A stretch of DNA of 64,000 nt from contig OZ193909.1 of NCBI GenBank assembly GCA_964276515.1, positions 4,898,001 through 4,962,000 on the forward strand, written 5' to 3'. Source of the stretch: Gordius albopunctatus (taxonomy: Eukaryota). Made by a program: the position numbers and the translations under genes. Positions 29,351 to 42,476 of the stretch are shown here, one piece after another (the stretch's first letter is position 1; every line of letters begins with the position of its first letter). The notes beneath the pieces are model-generated. The model ran no database searches. It was given only the letters and a program-made list of their open reading frames with translations, and was not told the origin of the DNA.

Positions 29351-30292
29351 AGGCAAGCAAAACCTTTTTCTTCTTTGTTTGAGTAGCCTCGATTCCTTTG
29401 ATTTCAAACATAGCTTCCAAGTTGAATATGTAATCCTCTATGGAATGTAACTCCGGATTAAATTCAGATAAATGGATTTTAGATAATTTGGGTTCCTCCA
29501 TATTTAAATGTTGCCTAAAACAATTTATTTATATACTTGTTCTTTTATCCTCGTCGACACTGAAAAGAAACTAATAATGGTTTATTCTAATTTGTGATAC
29601 CAATCCAATTACATAATCAATTACAACATCTGATGTCAACATCAAAACCTGTGCACTAGGTATATAGAACTAAGCGATATTAATAATAATGTTTCTATCA
29701 ATATAAATGATATTAATAATAATGTGTATATCAAATATTATAACATAACATAACATACAAACATAACAGGGCTGAGAAGTTTTAAATCTAGGAATGGGTT
29801 GAGAAGTTTCCAAAATAGAGTTTGCAGTAAGACCTAAAAAATTAGTGTGGCCTTATAATTCTAAACTGGGGAATGGGTTCAGAAGTTGATAAAACAGGCA
29901 TAATTAGAATTTATCTAAAATACGGGTGAGTTTTTTTTAAGGATTTAGGATAAATGATACGTTCAAATTAGAATTTTACCACTATTTAATTTGTTGTCAA
30001 TACTAGACGTTATGTCACATACCTCCAAAACTTTGGTAACTTTTGATTGGTCTAGCCATTGGCATTCTGAAGCGTTGGCATTATGGACAATTGTCTTTTT
30101 GAACAGAAATGAAAAAAATTACTAACGTTTTATTAATAACTACAAAAATAGCGCCTTGAATCAACCAATAAACTATTTTAAAGCCACGTGATAAATTCAA
30201 CTAATCACAAAATGTCCCAGTTTGAATCGGCGAGAAGGTGTTCGGCGAGTTGATAGGACACCCAATCATATGTTAAAATTTTAAATTTTTGA

Positions 30293-33200
30293 ATGGAAAT
30301 AGATAGAGTAATTTTTTTTTGATATATCCTAATATTTTTAGAAATTAAGAGCTATTCAAAATCTTAAAGATATGCTTGATAAAAGCGAAACAGCTACTAT
30401 TAAAATGGTAAAAATACTAGACGAGTTTGACGACCGACTAAAAAAATTAGAGACATCAGTGACCCCCATATATAAAGAATCCGGGAATCTTCAAACACGC
30501 TTAAAAAGTTTGTATTTATCAGATTTTTTTGAAACCTTCTATAGATGCTGAAGGATTGTTGCACAATCTCGAGCATGTCATGGAATATTATACAACTGTT
30601 AAAGAAACTCAGCCTCTCATTGACCAAAAGTAATTATCCTAAGATTTTATATACGTTGCAGTTTAAGTGATAATATTGATAATTATCTCTTTGCTATGGA
30701 CAAAATAGTTTCAGCCAAGGAATTTTTTTCAGAAAATAATATAGCAAGTTCTGAATTACACCAAATAGTAAATTTAATATAATATCACAAAAAATATTTT
30801 AATAAATGCATATCTTTAATTTGTGTTTTTCCTATGAAATTTTTTAGAAGCAATTATATTCAAGAGGGATAGATAGTTTAGATCGTGAATATAGCCATAT
30901 GCTTTTGCAACAAAGTCGTCCAATCCCTCCTCACATTATTCTTGATTTGATGAATAATGATCAAGGTTTAAAAATTATATATATTGCTAAAATAGTTAAA
31001 AGTTGTTTATATTTCAAATTAAATATATTTTTAAGAATATCCTAATTTATAAATTTAATTTAAAGTGCTTGTTTAGAAATAAATGTAATTTTAATATAAA
31101 ACATTTTATTATATAATTACATAGACTCAATATTTTTATCAGAAATTACTAGTGAGGCAGCTGTAACAATGTCCACTATACCAGGTATTATAATTATGAA
31201 TCTTTTGAATTTATAAAGATGAGATTGTTATAAGATAAATTATTTTTAAGCCATTTGGGTTAATTGTTGTATTTTTTGGCAAATTGTTGAACTTTTACTT
31301 ATTATTAGTTAATTTAAACTTTTAATCTTTGTATAATAACTTTTAATTCTCTATACAATTGTCCTATAAATAACAGGTCTGCATAAAATAAAATGACAAT
31401 AGGCAGCCACAATTAGCAAAAGACTTAATCTTTGTAATAACATGTGTTATAAATCTCTGATTTTTACTTTTAAATTAATTTGAGAATTGTTTAGATAACA
31501 TTGTAGAAGACTTGCACAAACTTTCCCTATGGCTGAGTGTTAATTCTGAATCTCCTGATTTCATGAACATCTATTCATCCATTCGAGGGGATACATTGAT
31601 GGCTTCACTTAAGGGGTAGATCTAATTTTCTGAATGGCTACATTGAAAATGGTTGAATATATTGATGCTTTATCTAAATGTGATTAATTACGGGTATTAA
31701 AATGGTTCCATATGGTTTTAACAGATTAAGAAAAATACAATATTTTTTAAAATAATAAACATCAAACGTTTAATGGTCAAAGTTATTTTAAGTGTTGTAA
31801 AGTTAGTTATCTGCTATCATGAGCTGCATTTTTATAATATTCTAAATTAACTTATACCCTAAAATATTTATTTTGTGTATAATTAAGTGTAGTAGACAAG
31901 CCAGAAAAAATGATATTAACAACCTTGGATTTTTTATGTCATAAACTTGATAATTTTACTCATTTATTTTGACACAAATAACTTTCCATAATTACTGTAT
32001 ATATTTTGTAACCAAGATTCCGGGACCACATTAAATCTCAGAGTGGGAGTGGTTCTTCCCTGTCTACTCCATCTAGTATGGTAAGACTTTTACTCAACTT
32101 GTAAATAGTGATTATATTCATCCTACTATAAAATGAATATTATAAAATATTAGAAATTTTATGTAGGTGCAATGTTTTTGATCATCATTCGTTGATTCGA
32201 CTTGAAAGGGTGTCAAGCATGGGCGCAACTACCCCCGCCCCCCCCCCCCAAATTATAAAACAAAAACCCTTAAAAATTAAAAAAAAATTTACTTAATTAA
32301 ACTTAAAACATTTTCGCGCCTTCCCCTAATCCAAAACCTGGCTATCCCGATGGTGTCAAATATACCAACGTGGGTAAAAATTAAGGCTAAACAACCCATA
32401 AATTGCATAGCAATTCATAGTTTCCACGGTGCAATTTAAATTGATCGTGAATATATCTTTTATTTGTGAAGATCGTTTTTATTAGCTGCTAAAATATTGG
32501 GCCAGGATTGTTTATCTTAAATTCTGCTGCATCAGCGTTATCATCACTCTTGAATTCGTGTTGAAATTTCGCTAGTTATAAATTAAAATAAAGAAGGTAT
32601 AACAGACAGGGTTGGGAGATGGAGATTTGTAACAACTTCAAACTAAATTTTGCCCCTCATCATTATTGGCCCCTCTCATTCCAATGAAGGGGCAACGAAA
32701 CTCTATGCAATTTATGGGCGAGAAAGGTGGGAAGGGGCGAGAATTCCTATGCGGGGGGGGGCAATCGTTAAGCAGAATACATATTTATTAGGTAAAAAAA
32801 AGAATCTTCAAGTTTTAAATATTACTAATTAATGTCAATCCGCCTAAAATTTAGAAATACGTATTTATTAAATAAAAAAAGAATCCTCAAGTTTTAAATA
32901 TAAAATAGCGAATTGCGCAAAAGTTGCCATCTTAATGCTATATTCAGGTTTAGGTTACTATCATGAATATTACAAAAAAACGAAAAATAAATTTCGATTT
33001 ACACTTTGGCCAATGATCATTTTTTGTCATTGGTCAGTAGCCAGAACACGGTCAAAAAGTTCTATTATCAATGGTATTAACAAGAACAATATATTAATTT
33101 AATTTAAAAAAATTTGCCCTCTCCGGGATTCGAACCCATATCAGTAGATACATGTTGGACGGACCGACAACGAAAAGCGAGCCCATAAATTGCATAGAAA

Positions 33201-36200
33201 TTAATAACTTTATGATACAGCTTTTAATATTGGGTTTGTTTATTTATGCATTATTGGATTAAGTTGAGTGCCTACAAAAGTTTCCCTTCGGAAACGAGTT
33301 ACAACGCCGTTCGAAACTTGAAACGTCGCTTTTTCGGCAAAACTTCCGCGCAAAGTGGTACAGGACCAGGAAGTTCCCTAATCGCCAAATACGCATCCTT
33401 CCAAATCACTGACCCTGGTGATTATTCACGAGGTTTCTCTAAATCTCTGTCATACCTTTAAGTAGTTTTGCAAAAAGGGATGGGTTTTAGTCGACTAAAC
33501 ATAAATATGTAGACCAAAGATCTTTTGGTCTGCTTTTCTTAGTGGACCTCTCGGCTTGGTCGAAATTGGAAAAAGAGACCAGAGTGGACCGTTAGCCTTA
33601 GTAAAACCAAAGGGGTCACCAAACAAAACCTGGCCGCTTGTACTCATAGACTAATAAAACCATTGACTGCCGAACAGCTGATAATTTTTCAGCATATATA
33701 GCAAGCGCCATTTTGTGGAAAATTGTAATCAAACAATAGATTTCAGCATAATATATTGTTTTAATTTGCTTATTTTTTTTTAAATTATAAAGTAAGCTAT
33801 TAGTCTTATTTATTTTCTTCAATATTATATCCTGGAGAAGCATAAATATACCTGTTGTTGAGTTATTCCAACAAGATGGCAGCTATTCTTGTGTCTGAAT
33901 GATCTTAAAAGTAAAAATCAGCTGTTCGGCAGTCTATAGTTTTATTAGTCTATGTTTTTACTACACTACTTTTAAGCGTTTCTTTTGTTCTGGGAATATA
34001 ACGATGATTTTTGTAGGCAATTTCAATATGGCATCTTACATAGGTTGGCAACATTGAATTAATTTAAGATCGAAATTAGTTTTCAAAATTTTTACAGGTT
34101 TTTGCGACTTTATATTTATTTAGAGTTACTTATTAATAGGGCAAACTGTAGGGAACAATGCGGACGTCGAAGTTGAAATATATTTGACATCCCTGCACGC
34201 CCTCCTCAAATTGATGCAGGTTCGTAGCTATGAGTTGTTGAACTATATTTTTCTTTGTGAAATTGCTAACGTTATGTTTCCTTGCTATTACGTATTACCG
34301 AAGGTTGGACGATGTTATTCTTTGTTTTATGTCATTTATTGTTTATTTCCATTATAATAACCCAAAATCTTTGTTTAGAACATTTTAACTTGACACAAGA
34401 GATGATATGTATAAAAACAAAATATTCTACTTGGAAAACTTTAACCAAAATTGTATAGTTTCAAAAGAATCGTACCCTTTTCTGGTGATATTGAAATATG
34501 AAAAGCGGTCGTTTGTTGTTATATATTGTGGCATGGGCTTAGCCAGGAGGTGGCAGAGAGAAGTGGCTGGCCCCCTCTAAATTCAAAAAATTCCTTTAAT
34601 TCCGATATATTTGTGTTTACAATTTCAAAAAATTATCATTTTGCCCACCTTAAATCAATATTGCCCCCCCCCCTTTAATTCCAATCCTGGCTAGGCCCAT
34701 GTATTGTTAACGTTGACATATCCATAACTGTGGCAAACAAAAGGATTCCATTGCCTGCCATTATAATTATCATCTCAAGCAGCGGCGAGTTTAGCCTTAA
34801 TAAATATCCCCTTAGGTCGCTCATATCGACGCCACCCATTTTTAAAAGGGAATTTTCAACTTTTAGGTGGAAGAAAAGGTGATGAATCTCATAATTCCCG
34901 AAAGTTTATTTTGGCAAGTTTACGGAGAACTCATCCAACCCACCCTAGATACCGTGTTGACCGAGGGGGAAGCCATTGTTAGCGCGGTTAAGAGTGCCGT
35001 TCGGGCTCAGGATTTCAGCCCGGCCCTCTCAGTTTTCCCCATTTACAAGTTTATGCAATCTCTTAGACCGGCTTACGACTCCATTTTACTCGTAATTACC
35101 CTGGAAAAATCATGCTTTAAATCGTTTAGTTAGCACATAAAAAAAGTTCGAATTACATCGAAATTAACGTGATTTAGGCGAATGAATTTCAATATAAGTA
35201 AGGGGTTATTTTTTGCGTTTCAGTTAAAAAAGAGTAAAAGTTGAAGTAGTTTTACGAATTGGCAGCCTAATCTCACGATGTAAATACAGAACCATCGCAT
35301 CGCTATTTAATTCCCTATGTGTTTTAGGTAGATTTCTATTAAGCGTGGCTTTACGCCGATTTTATGTGACATTTTCCATACGCTACATCTACTATTTGAA
35401 TTATTAATCTGGTGTAAAGCTAGGTAAAAATCCGTTATTGAACTAGGGCTCACTGCTCTCCTTTCTTTACACAGTTACCCTCCATTTTAGAGGCAAAAAC
35501 ACGTGAGTCTAAAACATAATCCTAAAGGTTTTGCAAAAGATATAATATAACTATGCCAACAATTGTTATTAATAAATTTATAAGCGGGATAGTATTGGAA
35601 TTTGTCTGAAGACACTAACCCTTCCCCATTAATGTTTAAATTAAACTTTATCAATATCGTTGCAAGGAACGTCTTTATCATTTAACGAGACAAACGATGA
35701 AAAGTTCCCAACTAGTGATGCTGTAAAACCGGCTGGGTTATGTTTGGGCGGCCCCTTTGGCTCTAGTCCACTAAAAATAAATATCAAAGATTTTTTGGTC
35801 TATTTTTCTTAGTTGACCGCTAGGCTTAGTCGAAATTGGAAAAGCGAACCAGAGTTGACCGTTAGTCTTAGTGAATCCACTACAACACTACTAAAAATTA
35901 TATTAAAATTGAAACCTATTTACACACAAAAGAGGTTAAACATGATTATTATCAATGTAAAAGGGTGTCATTTAATCTTATATTTATATAATGCAACAAA
36001 TTTGTTAGTATTGCAAACCGGTGAGTAAGCAAAAGTTTGATAGCTTGATGGACCACATGTCCGAAGCGAGTTACACTCTTTTAGAGGATTACCTGGAGAT
36101 GGTGAGGAACGATCCCGACAAGTTACCAAATTTACCGAAAGATGGCATCGTTCACGAAATAACTAGCAATGTTAGTTAAATCTTATAATTGTCGAGATTT

Positions 36201-39200
36201 TATGGAATTATATGCTTTTCTCCTAACCTATTTTTTATCATCGATATCTAGGCTTGTTTGTACTTGGAGGGTATATCAGAATTTATTGATATCATCGGGG
36301 ATATCCTTACCAAGAGAGGTACATAACTTCTGTATTTGATTACCTACCTCTGTTTTGGCTAAAAGACTCGCTCTATTCTTTTTTTGTTAAATTAAAATCT
36401 TTTAACCACTACTTTTAGATAGCTTTAACCTCATCTATGGCAAGTAAGTGAGAAAGAACTAAGCTTTTTAATAATTATCACGCAATGCTTATCAAGGGGA
36501 GGCAGGTATGAGCGTCTGCCCCCTCTAAATCTAAAAATTCTTTGAAATTTAATTTAATTATGTCTAAAATTACGAAAAATTATCATTTTGCCCCTCATTA
36601 AATCATTATTGCTTCCCCCCTCTCTAATTTCAATCTGCCCATATAAAGGCTGGGGCCTGTCTGAACAAAAATAAAACAGTTCTTGTTTGGGTATAAAGTT
36701 TGGCATCTATTTTCTTTTAATTATTCTTTCTCCGTTTAAAAGCACTCGCTCTATGTACCGAACGGAACAATTTAATATTTTTAATAGTAATCACAATGAG
36801 CGCTACATACCAATATACTAGGCGAATGTGATTAAAACGCCGCGCAAAATTATATGTATTCACATTAAATATCTCAAAGTTAAAAATATATTATGGATTT
36901 TATCAGACTTTTCATCCAAAACTCCACCCCTCGCCGCGGACTATCGTAAAGCGTTCTCCGTCTACGCCAGCCGAGTTTTGTCAACGCTAGGACTCAACCT
37001 TCGGCTCAAATATGAGGCTTATGCCGACGAAGCCCTGGGTTCTATCTTCTTGATCAACAACTTTTCCTACATACTCAAATTTATGCAAAAGTAATTTTCT
37101 ATCATAGAACTTACGAGGTTTTACTTCGATCATTTTCTCCTTGAAGTTGTTATTGATAGGGACGAAGGTAAAATTAAGTTGTGAGCTTCTGATGGGGTCT
37201 CCCCGCGTCGCAAGTTGCATTTTGATTATACATATAATTTAAATTTTAAAGAATTTTTAGATCCTTATAATTTAATCCTGATTTCACAATACATTTTATA
37301 ATTAAAACAGGCGAGGCAACTCTAGTAAATATTTAACGTTTACATACCTATTTATGGGATAATAAAGCCTCGATTATAATGAATTATCGTAATGTTCTAT
37401 CAACTTTTGCTATTTTATTCATTTTAACAAAATATGTGTATTTTTACATATTTGAAAAGCATTTTGTCAAGGGAAAAGTGAAAGACTTAAAAATTATAAT
37501 TTTTTGGTCTAGATAACAAGCGGTTAAGCTACCGTGAACTAACGCGTGTTAATATCTTTTGTCTAGAACCTCGCTCCTGGCGACAGTTTGCATAGCGACA
37601 CCCAAGGTCGAAGAGTACTACAATCAACAAATCCAAGAATTTAAACGCATCTACTCCCAAAGGTTACCCAATAAATCTCATATAGACTTTTTCGCGTGAC
37701 AATTTGACACCTTTCCTGCTCTAATGGGCATACACACGGAGTATTAATACAATAGACTGGCGAACAATCGATATTTATTAAGCAAACGGTTTAGGAACAA
37801 ATAAAACGCTATTTCTGGAAGTTAGAAATTAATTATAATTGATTGAAAGATTAAATTTTAGTTCTCATTATTCTTTTGTCCATAACTTTTGTACTTTTTC
37901 CCTCACAACACGACTAGAGTGCCTACTGAACCTCTCTTAAAATGGCGTCCCAAATTGCTTGATAAACATGTCATTTAAAATTGATTTTCAAATTTTTCAT
38001 CGTGCTTTCTTAAGTTATATTTGCCACGGCTTTATATTTTTGCTTTAACAGTTGGAGCAAAGTGGTGTATTATATGAGTGATAAATCGGGCCCAAACCTT
38101 CACTTGTCGCGTAGTCAGATGCATTCTTCCACGATGACGGATTCCTTCAGAGACTCCTTCAAGGTTAAAATAATTTGTTAACCTATAAAAATGTTTATTA
38201 ATCCTTAAAAAATTCATATTTTATGAAGATGAATGAAATAAGTAAGTAAAAGATAAATAGTAAACCATTCGGATTTGCAAGTGAATTTTATTTACAAATA
38301 GTCATGTCAATTTTTTGCCTTGTAAAAAAGATTTGCCATTTTATATTTTTATTAATTTTTAAAGCTTATGGGCCAAAGGTTGTTAGAGTGTTTGTCGCAA
38401 TAGAACAAAAAATTGTGGAATTGTGAAGTTCCGAGTTGGGTTTAATTTGTTTGTTTGTTCCTTTGCTTTTAGGGCCTTAAAATGTCATATTTTACGGATA
38501 AAGATTACTTTTTGAAGTGCATGCACTACTTGACAATTGTTTCGGTTACAATTATTTTTATCTATAAGATTAAATTTTTTTTAACAATATAGATTTTATA
38601 AGGTATATAAGTTGATTATACATTAAATATTAGGAAAACATTCATATATCGCGATTGAATTATATTTACAAATTGTAATTGCAATTTTCTGCTTCATAAA
38701 AAATGCTTCACGTTTGTTGCCGGAAAACGTGGAAAGATGTTTTCCCACTTTTTTGATAAGGTTGAGGGCTTGAGGGCCAAATGTTGTTCAGGTAGTGGTC
38801 GCTATGGGACAGAAAATAATTGATGGACCTAGGTCAGAATATTTGGTAATTTTTTGAGCTTCGGCTGTCGCCAGTGGATCTTTATTTTGATTCGTTGGTA
38901 CAAAAGCATCGGAGCAAGTAAAATCCCAGGCCAAGTTAAGTCCTTTTTCCCAAGAAGACAACGTTTGGCCATCAGGTCTCTTACTATCTCCACAAAGACC
39001 TGATGGTTCAAGGATGGATGGAAAGCCAGCTTTATTCATTTAGTTATGAATAACTTTATTGACGGCAGCGTGGCGTAAATATCTTGCCTTATTGCGGTTG
39101 CAATGGAGGCCATGGTGGCCCTTCGGTCGAACAGGAGATTTGCATAATGAGCAGATGTGCTCTGCAACAATATTACAACCAAGTCTAAGGCCTATAGATA

Positions 39201-41666
39201 TCCGGAATTCATTATTGGAAAGAAGAAGAAGACCAAGGTTTGGGCTAGGAAGAGCCTCCAACCATTCGTGACCAGTCCCAGAAGTTAAACTTCTCAGTGC
39301 TGGAAGGTCCTCTGCCGAAGCGGCATTGATTAAAGATCGTAAGGAGCACTCTGACAAAGGGCCATACCAAGACTTTTGTGTGTTTACTTCGGGGAAGGGA
39401 GTGCCGACGATGTCGCTCCACTGTTGAAAGGCAACACCAAGGAGGTTGTCGGGTTGTGTGGTTAGTGCTGAGATGAGGCTATCATTGGACAGACGACTGG
39501 ATAAAAATTCTGCTAAGGAGATCGAGTTTATTGAGCCTATGCCTAACCCCCCTAGTTTTGAGGGAAGGCAGGCCTGTTGCCAATGTCTGTCACTTAATGA
39601 AAGGTTGGTTATTTCTCCTATTAAGGTCCTTAGTTCAGTATCAAAATTAAGCAGAGCCTCGAGATGTAAAAATGTGGATGAAGATCGAAGACTGTGCATG
39701 ATTTTTGGGATAGCCAAACAATTCTTTATGAGGAAAAAGGCTTGGTGAGAGGGTAGGTGTTTAAGGATATTCCTCATATTAGATACTTTCTGAATTGTAT
39801 CATTTAGGAGTTCTAAAATGGGAATGGTGCCACCTATTGGGGATCCTAAAAGAGTTAATGTTGAGGGAGAGATTAGTTTGTAGGGGGTGAGGGCAATATT
39901 GACCGAATCTGCGTTATTGAGGGGACAAATTTCCGTTTTAGTTAGGTTCAATGATAAACCGATTTCAACAGAATGAGTTTCCAGGTACTTTAGGGCTGAG
40001 ATAACATCTGAAGGGGCTCCTTGGTTCAATCGTCAAGGTACCATGTATTTAAAGTTAGGTTAAATTTTGAATTTAGGCTTTCAATAAGGGGGTTGATACC
40101 CAGGCAGAATAACAGAGGCCCTAAAGGGTCTCCTTGTTGGATACCGTCACTAGAGTTAATAGTATGTTCATGAAATTGAAGGATGGAAACAGGTGAATAA
40201 CACGCATTGAGAAATGCGGAGTATTCGGGGAAATGTTTGTAGGCTTCATTAAGGAAATGGGATCGAGAAATTGAGTTAAAGGCGTTTTTGTAGTCAATTT
40301 TGGCGATATAAGAGGGGATTTGAGAAGCAAGAGACATGCGAACCGCGTGTGAGGCTATTTCGCATCCGCCTTTAACGCCAAATCCGAGTTGTATGGGAGC
40401 TAGGATTTCTATAGCCTGGTTTTTAATCCGTTTTATTATAAGTTTAGCGCATAGTCTGCGAAGGATGGATCCCATAGCTATGGGCCGGATCCCACCGCCT
40501 GGTTTAGAGAAGGATACCAGGGTTGCACCAAAGAAATATGGGGCAACTATTTCGGGGACTAGGCCTTTTATTATGAGATTGATGAGATTAGTGAGGGTGC
40601 TTAAGAAAAGCCCAGATCGATCTGTTAAGGGATTTGATAAATCTAAGAGGTGAGCTGCGCACAGGCCGTCGAGGCCTGCCCCAGTCGAAGAGCGCTTGAA
40701 AGTATTGATTGCAGTAAGAACCTCGAAAGTGGAGAATTTTCGAAAGGTTTGATTAGGAGGATCTGGAATCGGGAGGTTAGGCCTTTCTGGGTGTTTATCT
40801 CTGAGTAAATCTAGTGTATTGATGTTGTTTGGGGAAATTTTATTGTCGCATGTAGCGACGCGGATCGCGCCTTGTATGTCGCCGTTATTTATTTTGGTAG
40901 AAACAATTTTTGCCCTATGATTTAGGGATGGAATGGAGTGTAAATGATTGTCGTATATTTAAAAATTAGAAAATCAATTATTTACTGAAATTACGTACAT
41001 TTATAAATTTATAGGATTTAGACATGACATCATACATTTTGCCATTAGCCAAATTATTATTATATTATTTTAGGCGCCATTGTTTAAATATATTTAAGTT
41101 AATTAAAACTATTCGCCTTTTGTTATTTTTATAAACTTTAAATAAATATTCTAGTTAAAAGACAAGGACAAACAAGCTGTTAAGGAGAAATTTTCGGTGA
41201 GTAATTTTATCATCTTCCAGTAAATTAATTTTAAGAGTTATTAAATTGTTACGTGTTTATAATTACTATTTAAACACGTAATTTTAGGGTTTTAATAAAG
41301 AGTTTGAGGAAATTTGTGCCAACCAAAAACGCTTTTCGGTCCCCGACGCTAAAATAAGGGAAACCATTTTGCTCGAAACGAAAGCATTTATCATTCCCCT
41401 GTATCGAGATTTCAGAAAGAAGTCAGCAAAATAAAATTATTTTTTAAATAATTTCTAAATTTTCTTATGATTTTATAATTTATTTTTTTTGAAGAATATA
41501 CATTTTTTGTTATATCTAAGCTTGTCTCAAAAGGTTCTAATTTGTATACTATGGTTTGTGCAGGTATGTGAATGTGTCATTCTCGAAAAATCCCGAAAAA
41601 TACATTAAATACCAGCCAGAGGAGGTAGCTGATCAAATTGATCAATTTTTCGCTGGGATCGATTGA
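30293..41666 (+). CDS. EXOC7: Exocyst complex component 7 (Exo70)
   Basis: About 19 GT-AG exons (later ones approximate): 30293-30307 (start provisional), 30342-30507, 30545-30629, 30662-30767, 30848-30965, 31143-31184, 31495-31615, 32017-32080, 33264-33432, 34140-34219, 34867-35091, 36009-36170, 36252-36318, 36908-37090, 37567-37662, 38052-38163, 41155-41196, 41288-41421, 41564-41666. Motifs LPKDGIVHEITSN, IFLINNFSYI, KDKDKQAVKEKFSGFNKEFEE, FSKNPEKYIKY. Confidence 0.95.
32218..32352. mobile_element. CATGGG-TIR MITE
   Basis: Degenerate TIRs; TSD gtgtcaag/gtgtcaaa. Confidence 0.7.
33645..33954. mobile_element. MITE with ~38-bp TIRs (CATAGACTAATAAAAC...)
   Basis: catagactaataaaaccattgactgccgaacagctgat / atcagctgttcggcagtctatagttttattagtctatg. 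Nested in a TAGT-ended MITE (about 33463-33968) whose relatives lie at about 35713-35890, 42955-43037 and 62220-62394. Confidence 0.8.
34532..34701. mobile_element. CATGGG-TIR MITE
   Basis: catgggcttagccagga...tcctggctaggcccatg. Confidence 0.8.
38575..40945 (-). mobile_element. 5'-truncated CRE-clade non-LTR retrotransposon (RT + RLE) in an EXOC7 intron
   Basis: RPIAMG..LRRL, QLGFG, IDYKNAFNS, GIQQGDPLGPLLF, WYLDD, GGLG, C..C..H..HC..RH, EP..RPD..D motifs. Frameshift near 40026 and in-frame stop at 39040. Confidence 0.9.
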
Positions 41667-42285
41667 ATATTTACCATTGCTTATATCCATTTCCTCTAAA
41701 ATGTGCGGAAACACTATTTATTACTGCTTTATTTTTAATTTATTAATTTTATTATAGTATTTTTAAATAAAAGTTGTTTTTCGACGACAAGGTCCACGGT
41801 ATTATGTAATTTTATGATAATTAAATCTATATAGAAATATTGACTTTACATAAATTCTAGAGATAGTTATCTACAAGAAATTGCAAATACAAATATTCAC
41901 ACTTAGCAGAATGCTTACTTTAAAATTTGTCATAGTGTAAATTTTACTTTGAGTAGATCATCTTTTATGGCATATGTTTGGGCAACCTTAAACTTAGGTT
42001 TTTTATTCGGAGCTTTAGCGGCCTTTAAATTTGATATCATTTCTCAAAACCATCGAATGTTAAGACTAAGGTTTTTATTAAGCGTATTCGTCTATTATTA
42101 AAAATGTTTTTAATTATGGGAAAATTGCTTGCTGTCAATCCTGTGTAGAATAATTATCAAATTTAAAATTCTGGGCATTGGTAATTAGTATGCATTGGAT
42201 CGAGATTAAAATTTTTTTGATGTGATTCATTAATTGAGTGTAAAGTCATTTATTTATAATTTTCAACTATTAAGTAATATGGATG

Positions 42286-42476
42286 AGTGGTGGTGTAGTG
42301 GGTGGTTTAATCTTTGAAGCAAGGGCTCGCAGGTTCAATACCGCCTCTGGCACTTATTTCAAAAAAGATTAAAAATCACATCGTCACCACGGCTGTCAGG
42401 CCAGGATAGCCGAGAATCACCCCTTATCCAAATATCTAAAGAAGCTGACCACCTTAGTGTGACAAACAGCTATTGG
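42286..42476 (+). mobile_element. tRNA-derived SINE
   Basis: A box tggtgtagtgg, B box ggttcaatacc; perfect 14-bp TSD aagtaatatggatg (42272-42285 / 42477-42490). Confidence 0.8.

Larger units (their letters stand above)
27510..29628 (-). mobile_element. Gypsy LTR retrotransposon relic (short LTR, PBS, gag start, integrase), split by a Helitron and a MITE
   Basis: TG...AATAAA...CA at 29628-29561. PBS-like tgtcgacgaggat at 29559-29547. Gag-like MEEPKLSKIHLSEFNPELHSIEDYIFNLEAMF at 29501-29351. rve-like ARFSVTRQISNNIPQFTSDELRPFCKDYNIVPILISP...NSYAKRHNSALK after removing the 27624 MITE. Confidence 0.7.

Noticed and set aside
30213..30254. Alternative EXOC7 start MSQFESARR, resembling the vertebrate N-terminus
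   Set aside because: Runs into a stop, and I found no clearly compatible splice to exon 2; not excluded, but unsupported.
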